NCBI RefSeq assembly: GCF_006345805.1 | Contig: NC_042997.1 | Coordinates: forward strand, 198,648,001-198,712,000 | Direction: 5' to 3' | DNA length: 64,000 bases | From: Octopus sinensis | Lineage: Eukaryota | Shown here: piece after piece, positions 50,191 through 62,991 of the stretch | How the letters are laid out: each line of letters opens with the position of its first letter | Position numbering within the stretch: the stretch's first letter is position 1 | Notes under the pieces: generated by a model | The model's input: the letters and a program-made list of their open reading frames with translations, nothing else | Databases searched by the model: none | What the model was told of the DNA's origin: nothing | Translations under genes and position numbers: made by a program

Positions 50191-51638
50191 TCGTCTTCCA
50201 TTGCTTTGGCACAGCTCCACAAGCGCAACAAAACTCCTCTTCCGTCTTACTTTCGTTTGTCTCTTCGATGCGGTCGTCCCAGGCAACAGAGAGTTCTAAA
50301 AACAAGCCAAAAAACAAAAAAACACCTGCTTCGATGCTTCCGTAATAAACGCAATATCTGTCAGTAAGGATGTTGAGACGACAGTTTCTGGGACCTTCAA
50401 CGGCTTCCTCAGTTTGACTTTTAGTTCCCAGTCTTTTACTGTTGAATATTTCACATTTTATCTAAAACTTAAACTGTACCATGTATGGTAATAATGTATC
50501 TAGAATGATGTTGGAAACACTTTAAGATAGCAAAACCCCAGGTACAATATGCTTTTACTGTAATCAACTTGTCAGCCTTCAGTGGGAATGTTGTTACACT
50601 TAATCGACAATAGCAAAACCATAGCAGGGCAGCTAAGAACAAGGTGACAGTCTTAGCTAAAAGCTACCTTCTAACTGAATGTCAGAACTTTATATACAAA
50701 CAGTGTACAATTTGCTTCAACCTGTTCCCCTAGAATAGCACCAAATTTAATAATGTGATTATAGATGAACAATCAATTGTCAAGGAATAAGTTTGGAGGA
50801 ATGTCGAGTAAATATTGATCACAAAGTTCCTATTAGAAGTTCGAAAATATATAAAGAACAGGCTTACAGTCTAACTGGATTAGAAAAGGAAAATAGTTTT
50901 GTTCTCCACTCATAGATTGTATTTTTCTTCCTTAAAACATTGATTAAAGCATATATGTGGCTACTTTCTAAGTCAGTACACTGAAGCTAGACAAGTAACT
51001 ACATGATGTAATATCTAATGGATGACATACCACAGAGGCCATCTCTGTGATGCTATTCTCACTAGAAATGAGACCTCTAAAATGTATGCTAAGGAAGTCA
51101 ACGTAAATTATTGAGCGTTGAAAAACCTGAACGAATCTGACACAATCAGAATGATTATTGCATTATTACTGGGAATAAGGATAGAGTTTTTACAAGGAGA
51201 GTGGAACTTCATAATTGTAAAATAGGAACAACGACGAATGAATATGACAACGATGATGTGTCTCTCTCTTAAATATCAGTACAAAAACTATTTGCTCGTC
51301 GACCTGCTAAAAAGAACAGCCAAAGCACTTTTTAGATCAAACACCGTAATTATTTGTTGATGTAGACATAAATACAGTATTTCAGGATTACACTGGAATA
51401 GTCAATTTTTCCATGAATAATTTGAGGGTCAAGAACAACAAATGATCATCACAGGACATATTAATGCCGATATCCATTAACTCCTCCTTCTGCAGTCAGG
51501 CCTGCGAAGAGAGACCAGTATGTCATACGTCTGCTCAGCCAGGACTAAGCAACAACATTCTTTCAAATTTAAGAAGAATCAGAGAAAGATGTTACAAAAT
51601 ATTCAGGTAAGCATTTGTTAGCCATCAGTCGACACACT

Positions 51639-51684
<46 letters not shown>

Positions 51685-51999
51685 CTGTCATGGTGTCTGG
51701 GGAGGGTCACTCTTTTAGTGCCTTATTATCTAACACACTCACCAGTTCGATTTCCACTCATTTAGTTACTCATTTTTTCTAAAGTATCCGTGGCATCTTG
51801 CAAACTTTTCAATAGTCGTTGACTGACGCGCGCACACACACACATATGTGTGTGTGTGTCAGTACATGTATATATATGTATATACATGTCAGTACATTAT
51901 ATACATATATATATATACATATATACATATCAGTACATTATATACATATATATATATACATATATACATATATATACATACACTGTTACTGTGTACCTC

Positions 52000-52399
52000 T
52001 CTGAGCGAGTGGTAAAGAGTAACAGTACGGAATCGTAAAATATATTTTCTAACTAAATGTGGCGGTCCCATAGAAGACGATATTACTGTTATTTTTAGCC
52101 CCAGGAAGACATCTCCTCCAGCTGGCTAACGACTCACTGTCCGTGTCCGATTAGTATTTGCGAGAGGAGTTCATCGCTCCCATTTCTAGCGTTACGTGAT
52201 AAACACAGACTCGAGTTTCTGGTTTAGTGATGATCTCCTCTCGCAAATACAAATCGGACACAAACAGTGTGTCGTTAGCCAGGAGATGTCTTCCTGGGGC
52301 TAAAAGCAACAGTAACACCGTCCTCTTTTGGGACTTCTACAGTTAGTTGGCAAATATATTTTACGATTCAGTACTGTTACTTTTTTACTCTCGCTCAGA
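52000..52399. mobile_element. Foldback element, about 175-bp arms, loop holds half a hammerhead
   Basis: Arms 52000-52177 / 52227-52399; diverged partial copy at about 57505-57688. Confidence 0.85.
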
Positions 52400-52501
52400 A
52401 ATTTAATATAGCTAATTTCTCCTTTTTCGAGATCAGCGATAGTTTGTCGCTAGAAAAAGCATATAGTATTTTACGAGTGAATGAGTTTTCATCACTAGCT
52501 G

Positions 52502-52560
52502 GTGATTATCGCACACTGAAGACGGGTAACTATCCAGAAACCCGGGTTTGTGTGTATCAC
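52502..52560 (+). ncRNA. Type I hammerhead ribozyme motif
   Basis: CGCACA-CUGAAGA-C-GGGU-AACU-AUCC-A-GAAA-CCCGGG-UU-UGUGUG; stem I 6 bp plus 5-bp extension; GUU site after 52548. Confidence 0.8.
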
Positions 52561-53741
52561 GTAAGGCTGGAGATAGGAGTACTTGCGTGTGCGCGTACGC
52601 GTGTTTGTGTGAATATATGTGTGTTTGCATATGTATTTTTATGTGTTCACACCTATAAGTTAATTCATGTTTGTTTTTAGAGGATAAACTTCGGGAAAGT
52701 TTTGAAGATTTTAACTGTTCGGTCTTATCCTTCTTGTAATAATCACTGGATATTTACTTCAATTTATTTATATTCTAAGGACAGATCTGGTTTGAAATTA
52801 CAATTAAAGAGAATCGTCGAAGAGAGGCTATCATTAGTGCTCATTAGAAATGTAGATCTAGGAAAACTAAATTCGAAGAACAATCGCACTTCTTAACAGT
52901 TGTTAGGAAAAGGAAATTTGTAAACCGTTATTGCTTCTTATAATTAACAGAAATATTCAAACGATGAAATCACTCGATTGTATTGAATTCATTAAACTCA
53001 TTTTGCGGCCCATAAATATCTCTAATGTTGGAGCAACAAAACTTAATAGAGCCAGACTGAAATAAACAAACAACACATTTAGTTGTTCCGAAGTAAGAAG
53101 AATGGCGAAAACTGGTTTCTTTATGATGAAAGGAGAAAGCAAATAACTACAGTGCAAATAAAATAAAATTTATTGTTCCCGCCTTCCCATATCGATATTG
53201 GAAAAGCAGCAAAACACAAAGATGTGCAATAAAATGAGAACGTGGATTAATATAAATAGCTTCCAGTATCTTCATTTCCATTTACTTATATTCCAAACAA
53301 TATTTCTACTTAGTGTAGACTATTGCTACTTATAACTATTCTACTTCCATTTAATTTGTAATCTATATTTCCTACATGATATTAACGAGAAATTTAGTTT
53401 CCATTTCCAACTTCAACGACACAAATTAAACAACAAGCGTATATGAATGGTCTTGTAAAAGTTTTACTTCTAAACGGAAATAGAGATTATAAATCAGAAA
53501 GCTAGAGTCTTCTGCTGTATAATTTAATGGGACATATATAATATTAAAGTACATATTAGATGATATTATTTACCAAAGAAGAGAAGATGGAGGAGTGTGA
53601 TAAACATCAGTGTGTGTAAGGACGTCAGATCAAATGCAGAGTAGCTTTGTTTGCCTTCGATCTGATATTGAATCTCCACACGTTCGCTAAAATGAATAGC
53701 AGTAATATATTGAGGAACAATTGCATCGACTAATCTACTCA

Positions 53742-54156
53742 TTTCTTTACTACCCACAAGGGGTCTAAACATAGAGGGGACAAACAATGACAGACAAAGA
53801 GATTAAGTCGATTACATCGACCCCAGTGCGTAACTGGTACTTAATTTATCGACCCCGAAAGGATGAAAGGCTTAGTCGACCCCGGCGGAATTTGAACTTA
53901 GAACGTAACGGCAGACGAAATGCCTATTTCTTTATTACCCACAAGGGGCTAAACACAGAGGGGACAAACAAGGACAGACATAGGTATTAAGTCGATTATA
54001 TCGACCCCAGTGCGTAACTGGTACTTAATTTATCGACCCCGAAAGGATGAAAGGCAAAGTCGACCTCGGCGGAATTTGAACTCACAACGTAACGCAGACG
54101 AAATGCCGCTTAGCATTTCGCCCGACGTGCTAACGATTCTGCCAGCTCGCCGCCTT
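53742..54156 (-). mobile_element. SINE family B dimer
   Basis: Junction 53924/53925. Confidence 0.85.
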
Positions 54157-54639
54157 TCGACTAATCTTCTCTTATCAAATAGACAGTACGTGCAATTGCT
54201 ATGAACTTATTCGCTCGCAGATGACTCATAAACTAGAAGTGTAGAAGAAAAGATATTATTTGCTTAAAAATCACCGTATGCACAGAACGTGCGCGCGCAT
54301 ACACACGCACACGCATGCGTGCGCACACTGATGTTTATTAAACTACTTTTCTTTGATGAGTTATATTAGAACTTAATTGCCATGTGTGTGTGCTGTGTAT
54401 GTATGTGCGTGTGTATGGGTCTGAAGGATCCGTTCCTTAAAAATGAAAGCTAAACTTTGATAGGAATGGCGGATACTACTGGACCTGTGATTGGTATTTC
54501 ACATCTCAACTCCACCTTCGCTATCCTGATACAATCTATCGCTAGTGAACAGAGGGTCAACAAAAAACAAAAATGCATCTAAACCTTCGAATTGTAATAG
54601 AAAATGTTGACTATGCCACACCACTATGAAAGATATCCT

Positions 54640-55027
54640 TTTCTACTCTAGGCACAAGGCCTGAAACTTTGGGGGAGATGGCCAGTCAATTAGATCGACC
54701 CCCAGTACGCAACTGGTACTTAATTTATCGAACCCGAAAGGATGAAAGGCAAAGTCGACCCCGACAGAATTTGAACTCAGAACGTAGCGGCTGACAAAAT
54801 ACCTATTTCTTTATTGCCCACATGGAGCTAAACATTGAGGGGACAAACAAACGGATTAAGTCGATTATATCGACCCCATTGCGTAACTGGTACTTATTTA
54901 ATCGACCCCGAAAGGATGAAAGGCAAAGTCGACCTCGGCGGAATTTGAACCCAGAACGTAACGGCTGACGAAATACCGCTAAGCATTTCGCCCGGCTTGC
55001 TAACGTTTCTGCCAGCTCGCCGCCTTA
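54640..55027 (-). mobile_element. SINE family B dimer (outer unit with variant tail)
   Basis: Junction 54803/54804. Confidence 0.85.
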
Positions 55028-55559
55028 TTGTGAAAGATAGCACTCACGTCATCGGTGTCTGTCCAAAAAAGTTCGCATGAAACGATATTTTCGCTGAAAC
55101 CATGTACGATATCTGTAGGAATGATTGTCCTGACGGCCAAGCCAAAGGCACACTAGAACTACAATATAGTCGTCTTGAAAAAGAAATAAAAGTGGTGAAA
55201 GATTCCAATGAATACTTCCCACCATGTCTCCTGGTCATCAACCAGACTTATGTTATCCACCATCTTCCTCCCTGTCTGTCCCAGGATGTCGCTCAACCAC
55301 CCGTTCTTGAACTACTTATACTTTATTTTATTTTATTAGGGGTTGGTTTATGCCTGACCAAACCATTCTATTTTCCGACACAAAAAATTCCTAGTCTGTA
55401 TTTTCCCCAACTACTTCATTCTTAACATCCTGGTTAGTTCGAGATCCTGCAAATGGAATACGAGGTAGATTTTCAAATGTCTTACCTTATACCAGTATCA
55501 GATACGTCCTTATCTAATCTTTTCTCTCCTTTCTGTATCATCCTTAATAAACATACTCT

Positions 55560-55790
55560 TTTACGCTTTTACTTGTCTCAGTCATTTGACTGTTGCCATG
55601 CTGGAGCACCGCCTTTAGTCGAGCAAATCGATGACAGGACTTATTCTTTGTAAGCCTAGTACTTATTCAATCGGTCTCTTTTTCCGAACCGCTAAGTTAC
55701 GGGGATGTAAACACACCAGCATCGGTTGTCAAGCGATGTTGGGGGAGACAAACACAGACACACAAACATACACACACACACAATAAATAA

Positions 55791-55835
<45 letters not shown>

Positions 55836-56000
55836 CGACGGGCTTCTTTCAGTTTCCGTCTACCAAATCCACTGACCAGGCTTTGGTCAGACCGAGGCTA
55901 TAGTAGAAGACACTTGCCCAAGGTGCCACGCATTGGGACTAAACCTGGAACCATGTGGTTGGTAAGCAAGCTACTTACCACACAGCCATTCCTACGGCTA
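55560..56000 (-). mobile_element. SINE family A
   Basis: Similarity to family A. Confidence 0.9.
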
Positions 56001-57124
56001 TAGGAAATATGGAACGCATAACGAATTTGCGTGTCATCCTTACGCAGGAGCCTTGCTAATTTTCTCTTAATCATTCCAATTTTAGAATATGTACCGCCGT
56101 AGCTAATACATAATTGACAAAATATAAAACATTTAACTGGAGTTAAATCGATATCTATTACCCATGCTTTCTCTTCAGAGTATGATCATATTCTCATTAT
56201 CTTCTGGCTATTAAGACAGTTATTATCTCTAAGCAATGAAGGTTTTTCTATCTGAGGACTTTCTAATTCAAAATTACTTTTTGTAAAAACTCTGAGCACG
56301 CGTGTGTGTATGTATGCGTGTACGTACGTCTGATGTAATCTCTAAGCAGTATTTTCCCTATTGCAGTACTCCAAACAAAAAAACCACAAGTTTCGAGAGC
56401 GGCAATGGCTATGTATTACAACTACTAATACTACTCTGTAAGCCTAATATATGTTACAACATTTCCCTCTTTAAAACTTATAAAGTATTAATATAAATAA
56501 CAACCTTAATGCCAGATAAATCTATTTATCTTTCCGAGGATAAATCTCAAGCTCTGTAACACCGAAATCGACCAGAAGTTCTCTCAACGCAAACTGTTAG
56601 TTTTGATTTATTGATCAAACACTCTACTAAGACTGCTAACTAGACTAATTTATAACTTTCCACACGGGAGAAACAACGCTGGCAACTAATTACTCATCCG
56701 TTTTGACACGTACATATGCAATCTTTACGATATATATATATATATATATACGCATTACGCTTACGCATTATTTACGAGATATGGATATGCATTTTATACT
56801 CTTAGGTAAAGATATGCAATATTTTCCGTATTTTATACAGAGCAGATGCTTACATAATATTTGACATAGAAAACGAAGCAGATTTTTTCCTTTTCTTTAC
56901 CTGTGATCGAGTGGTGATGAACAGAAAATAAAATAAGAACAAGTGCACCAACTTTGGAAAGATACTTAAAGAATGTCTGTGCTCTTGTTTCAAATACACT
57001 AAACCAGTTACTGCCTCCGGATATTCAGGTTGAAATTATTCGCATTAAAATTTAGTGATACTTAGGGTACTATTGTTAAAAGTTGCTATAAATGTCTTCA
57101 CACAAAGTGAATACCTACAGTGTT

Positions 57125-57490
57125 AGGCGTGGCTGTGTTGAAAAAAGTTTGCTTATAATCACATGGTTCCGGGTTCAGTCTCACTTCATGGAACCTTGGG
57201 CAACTGTCTTCTACTATAGAATCGGGCAGAGAAATGCCTTGTGTATGGATTTACTAGACAGAAAATGAACGCAACCCGAATTTTGTTTGTTTGTGTGTGT
57301 GCTTGTTTGTATGTTTGTCCTACACCATTTGACCACTGATATTGGTGTGTTTATGTCCCCGTAACTTAACTGTTCAGCAAAAGTAACCGATAGAATAAGT
57401 ACCAGGCTGTTAAAAAAGTAAGTCCTGTGGTCTATTCGTCCGATTAAAATTCTTCAAGGCGTTATCTCAGCATGGCTGCAGTCTAAAGAC
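57125..57490 (+). mobile_element. SINE family A (old, diverged)
   Basis: Similarity to family A. Confidence 0.75.
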
Positions 57491-57700
57491 GGTTAATGAT
57501 GAACACGATTAGGTTTATTATCTCCCCTGTTTGAAACCTAACGATTAGGTTTATTACCTCCCCTGTTTGAAACCTTAGGACACAAAATGCTTGTATCACA
57601 TAGCCAACTAGAAACGGTGTTTCCTGGGGCTAAATAGCTGTAGCATTCTTCCCTTTCCTGGGACTGCCACATTAAGTTGCTAACAAACCATCACAGTTTG

Positions 57701-57997
57701 TTTCGTTTTTGAATTTGGTTTGCAAGATTCTTTGTGTGAGTTCGTGTGTTGAAGCATATTCTGTTGTGTCTGGGGAGAGTCATTTTCTTTTCGTGCCCTA
57801 TAATTTACTACGCTCACAGGTAAAATTTCCACCTATCTCTTATTTTTATTTTCCTAAAGTTTTCGTTGCATCTTGCAAACTTTTCACTAGTATTGACGAA
57901 AATTTTAGGAAAATAAAAATAAAAAAGAAGTGGCAATTTTACCGTGCGTGTGTTAAATTATAAGACACAAAAAGAAAATGACTCTCCCCAGACACGA
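57701..57997. mobile_element. Foldback repeat (same family as 25208) flanked by a 12-bp direct repeat
   Basis: Arms about 57766-57860 / 57895-57996; CATCACAGTTTG at 57689-57700 and 57998-58009. Confidence 0.75.
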
Positions 57998-58365
57998 CAT
58001 CACAGTTTGGTTTGTCTCTCAAATAAATCTGAACATAACAACTCGTCACTGAATTCTATAAATCTTTGGGTGCGGTTTATTCTCACAGAAAATCTTAAAA
58101 TATTTCGATATATGATCTTTACGCTCTGCGTTACTGACACAGCAAGGTTTCAACGCAAAATTGCTGTTTGGCGTTTCTCGTCACAATTATTTCTTTCTCC
58201 AAACTTTTCTCTCTATCATTTCAGAAATACGCTAAACCAGTTACTGCCTCCGGATATTCACGTTGAAATTAGGCTGAAGAATGATTTTAACGTATATGCG
58301 TATGCACATACGTTTGCAATAGTTCCATACATACATACATACCTGTCTACCTATTTACCTACCAG

Positions 58366-58755
58366 GTGGAGGCGCAATGGCTCAGCGGTTAGGGCAGCGG
58401 ACTCGCGGTCGTAGGATCGTGGTTTCGATTCCCAGACCGGGCGTTGTGTGTGTTTATTGAACGAAAACACCTCAAGATCCACGAGGCTCCGGCAAGGGGG
58501 TGGGGGTGGGGGGCGAACCCGGCAGTACACTTTCGCCACAACTTTCACTCTTTCTTCTTATTTCTGTTGTACCTGTATTTTCAAAGGGGCCAGCCTTGTC
58601 TCACTCTGTGTCACGCTCAATCTCCCCACGAGAACTACGTTAAGGGCATACGTGTCTGCGGAGTGCTCAGCCACTTGCACGTTAATTTCACTAGCAAGCT
58701 GTTCCGTTGAATCGGATCGACTGGAACCCTCATCGTCTTAACCGACGAAGTGCCA
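58366..58755 (+). mobile_element. SINE family C, full length
   Basis: tRNA-like head with A/B boxes; tail ...GTAACCGACGGAGTGC-type. Confidence 0.9.
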
Positions 58756-59047
58756 TGATTTACCTATCGACATATGATTATATTTCCAATTAAGATTCAG
58801 TTGAATTAGGTACTTAGATTGAGGCACCTTGCTAGGTCGATCTAAATATTTTTTTTAAATGGTTATATCCTTATGTTTGAAGTCTATGCGGTCGCCTGAC
58901 GCGAACGGTTTCTTCAATGGAAGTAATGTTTTCATTAATCAATTAAAGGATCAGTTAGAAATGGTTGTAATGAATTGACACCTGTACATTTTGTTACTTA
59001 TTTACTTAAATATATATACCTGCGTACACACGTGTATATATTTATAT

Positions 59048-59812
59048 TCTTTTTTATTTGTTTCAGTCATTAGACTGCGGCCATGATGGAGCACCGCATT
59101 TAGTCGAACAAATCGACCCCAGGACTTATTCTTTGTAAGCCGAGTACTTATTCTATCGGTGTCTTTTTGCCGACCGCTAACTTACAGGGATGAAAACACA
59201 CCTACATCGGTTGTCAAGCGATAGTGGGGGAACAAATACATACGCACAATCATATATATATATATATATCAGAAGCACTCCGTCGGTTACGACGATGAGG
59301 GTTCCAGTTGATCCGATCAACGGAACAGCCTGCTCGTGAAATTAACGTGTAAGTGGCTGAGCACTCCACAGACACGTGTACCCTTAACGTAGTTCTCGGG
59401 GATATTCAGCGTGAAACAGGGAGTGACAAGGCCGGCCCTTTGAAATACAGGTACAACAGAAACAGGAAGTAAGAGTGAGAGAAAGTTGTGGTGAAAGAGT
59501 ACAGCAGGGATCACCACCATCCCTGCCGGAGCCTCGTGGAGCTTTAGGTGTCTTCGCTCAATAAACACTCACAACGCCCGGTCTGGGAATCGAAACCGCG
59601 AGTCCGCTGCCCTAACCACTGGGCCATTGCGCCTCCACACATATATATATATATATATATATATGACAGGCTTCTTTCAGTTTCCGTCTACCAAATCCAC
59701 TCACAAGACTTTGGTCGGTCCGAGGCTATAGGATAAGACGCTTGCCCAAGGTGCCACGCAGTGGGAGTGAACCCGGGACCATGTGGTTGGTAAGCAAGCT
59801 ACTTACCACACA
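59048..59812 (-). mobile_element. SINE family A with a nested family C SINE (about 59271-59640) in its central (TA)n
   Basis: A 3' half 59048-59270, A 5' half 59665-59812, complete C element in between. Confidence 0.85.
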
Positions 59813-59925
59813 AAACAAATGACGAAAACAGGTATAAGAACAACAAGCAGGTGTATTTGTCTAACGCTAAGGAAGAATGGAAAAGTCTTTTACGATTCTA
59901 TCTATCTGCGCTCTTCGACCGAAAG

Positions 59926-59966
<41 letters not shown>

Positions 59967-61115
59967 AAAGAGATAAAGAGAGAGGGAGAGAGAGAAATTG
60001 ATAGAGAAGAGAGTCTCCTATGTTTGAAATCTGTTATACCGTTAATTATAATTCAAATTTAAGAATGATAATCACACATTTCAACTATTTGAAATGAAGC
60101 CAGCAACTGTCAGATTGACGTTAGTAGTATCATTTACAACTTAAAACAATTGATAGTCGATATCTGTGGTGTTTAGTGGTATATTACCAAGTATATATAC
60201 AATTAATCAGGATTAATTCGGATGAAATATCCGAAATTACTATAATGTTATTTTAAAAGAAATACAGACACGTATATGTTATAAAACCGATTACATCCTT
60301 TGGAATTAAATGTGTCTCTACAAGTTAGCTATCTAACATCGTGTTTAGTGGTTGATGCGTTATCAAGAGAGTCTCCTCTCAAAGTTAATAGTTTGCAATG
60401 AAAAAATTTTAACATTTAAACTGCATTAAACTGAGTCCTCTAAACTATTGATTGTCGCTGCAGCCAAACTTTACATCCATTAAACTACGTGACTAGAAAA
60501 CCAAAATCATGATATATTACCCATAAAGCTAATGCTATTGTCTCTAAGAAAACTAATTTCAGACTAAATTAATCAGAAATTTTACAATCTTTAGAGCGAC
60601 TGATGTTCACTTAGCTCAAACTTTAAAGTCTAATTTATATAAAAGCTTGAATGCGGACGATTGCGAAACAAATTGGATTTTGTCTTGGACGATTTATGAT
60701 TTATCACCAAATATCGCTCAAAGAAACTTTTTATCTTAAACAAACGTCTGAATTTGTAGTCTTGCGATAATCTATTGCTGATATGTCAAATGGGATTTTT
60801 ATGTGCACTTTTTATGTTTTATTTCATCAACTATAAAATGATGTGGGAAGACGAAAATTTCAATTAAGAAAATCGTTATAACGAGCAGTAGGAGGAGAGA
60901 AATTAAAAGTATAATCTAATCAATCGCCACAGATGACAAGATTGATTAAATGACGGATTAAATACCTTCTGGTATTTGGTTACATCATTTTGCCTCAGTT
61001 TAAATGCTGCCAGATACTTTGCTTTTCAAAATCGATATAATCGATCATTCCCCAATCACCAAGAGAAAATGTGTGGCCTTTAAACTTATGTTAGAAATCA
61101 ATATTGTAAGCCGAT

Positions 61116-61790
61116 CAGGGCGGTAAACTGGCAGAATCGTTAGCACGCGGAACAAAAGGCTTAGTGGCATTTCGTCCATCTTTACGTTCTGAGTTCAAAT
61201 TCCGCCGAGGTTGACTTTGCTTTTCATCCCTTCGGGGTCGATGAAATAAGTACCAGTTAAACAGTAAGGGTGATCTATTCGACTCATCCCCTCCCCCAAA
61301 ATTACTGTCTTTGTGGTAAAATTTGAAACTATTATCATTATTATTATTTATAAGGAGTCGAGCTGGCAGAATTGCTAGCACATTGGGCAAAATGCTTTGC
61401 AGCATTTCATCCCTCTGTACGTTCTGAGTTCAAATTCCGCCGAGGTCTACTTTGCCTTTCATCCTTTCGGGGTCGATAAATTAAGTACCAGTTGAGGAAT
61501 GGGATCGATATCATCGACTTAACCCCAAATCCCGAATTTGCTGGCTTTGTGTCAAAATTTGAAACCAATATTATAAGCTGATCAAGTTTTGTAGGTTGGA
61601 AGAATTGGTAGAGTTTTGAAAAAAATGTCATGTGGATTCAGTTCATCCCTTCACATTCTGAGTTCAAATCACGCCAAGACTTACTTTATTTTTCACCTTT
61701 TTCGCAGTATAAATCAAGTACTTGCTTCGATACAATTGACTTTACCTTCTAAAAACGTACAGCATTGCGCCTAAGTTAGAAATCAATAAC
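61116..61790 (+). mobile_element. Three tandem copies of the SINE family B variant with increasing decay
   Basis: Units start at about 61116, 61355 and 61590. Confidence 0.75.
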
Positions 61791-62930
61791 ATAAGTTGAT
61801 TATTAAGAGCCTATCTCAAACAGAACAAACCAGACAAACAGCGTACGTGCAATTGCACGCCTCCAGGGTATACGATGTATACAAGAAGAATTTTAAACGA
61901 TCGATTTTTTTTTTATTACAAAATTCAAAATATACCTAAAACTAATATAACGGTTCCGATCAAATATCCCAGATATTCCCTTAAACTCGTTGCATGATTC
62001 ACAAACAATTATGAACAAACATGAAAAGTCCTGTTGGAAATTAGAGTATTTGGTATTATCTATCGATATACAGACAAATATTTCGAAAGCCAAGAATGAA
62101 ATGAAAAAAAAGAAAAACATGATGTAACTTTCAGTTGCACGAAATAGTGAAAATGTTGGTATCTAATATCTGCGTTAAACATGACGATCATACCAAAAAC
62201 GAAAAAAAAAAAAAATCTCGTTATATTTTCTTTTTTTTATTTCATTTTATTCATTTTTTTTGATTTGGCTTTATTTCTTTCTTTTCGATGTTTACCACGT
62301 TTTATCTATTCATCTGGGCGATAACGACTTGCGAAATATGAAACCGATCTCAAAATTGAATAATATTGTTGATACCAAACAATATTATATTATCACACAA
62401 ATACTAACGTGAGTGATTCTTAGTTCTTGTTGGAGGCGGAGGTTCGGCAGAATCAGTAGAGCGCCGGACGAAATACCCGTTTTTAGTTAAATTCTTCTAC
62501 AATAACCATTTACGAGTTTACTTCACTCGTTTGTTTTCTTTTCCTTCTTAAATTGTTGATTAATTACAATATCTGCCAATTACGGGGTGTTAATTTAATC
62601 AAGTACAGACTTAACAGTATTGCTTTCTGCCTAGTTACTGCAATCATCATTTCGAACACTTTTATGTTGCATGTCATAAAGTTAACGAAAAACCTAAGTC
62701 TATTTCTGCAATGCATAGTTTTTCGATAAACTAGAATGAAGGAGATTAATGAATTCCACAAAATGGGGAAGAACATTTTTTGTTCATTGCATGAAACGAA
62801 CTATAAAAACAGCTATTTACGTTGTTGTGCTGATGAATATAAGGTCCAAACGTAATCTCTGCTCCGTCCATACCTTGATTATCATATAACCAGAAATAAT
62901 CAAGAAACTTTTACGACAGATAAAGTTTGA

Positions 62931-62991
<61 letters not shown>

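Noticed and set aside
57505-57576. 36-bp tandem duplication (also 33-bp at 40260-40325) resembling CRISPR repeats
   Set aside because: Adjacent copies without spacers; eukaryotic context; simple local duplications
58366-58445. tRNA-like sequence (also at 78, 38480-38557, 49882, 59570-59640)
   Set aside because: SINE heads: acceptor stem does not close and the sequence continues into the SINE body
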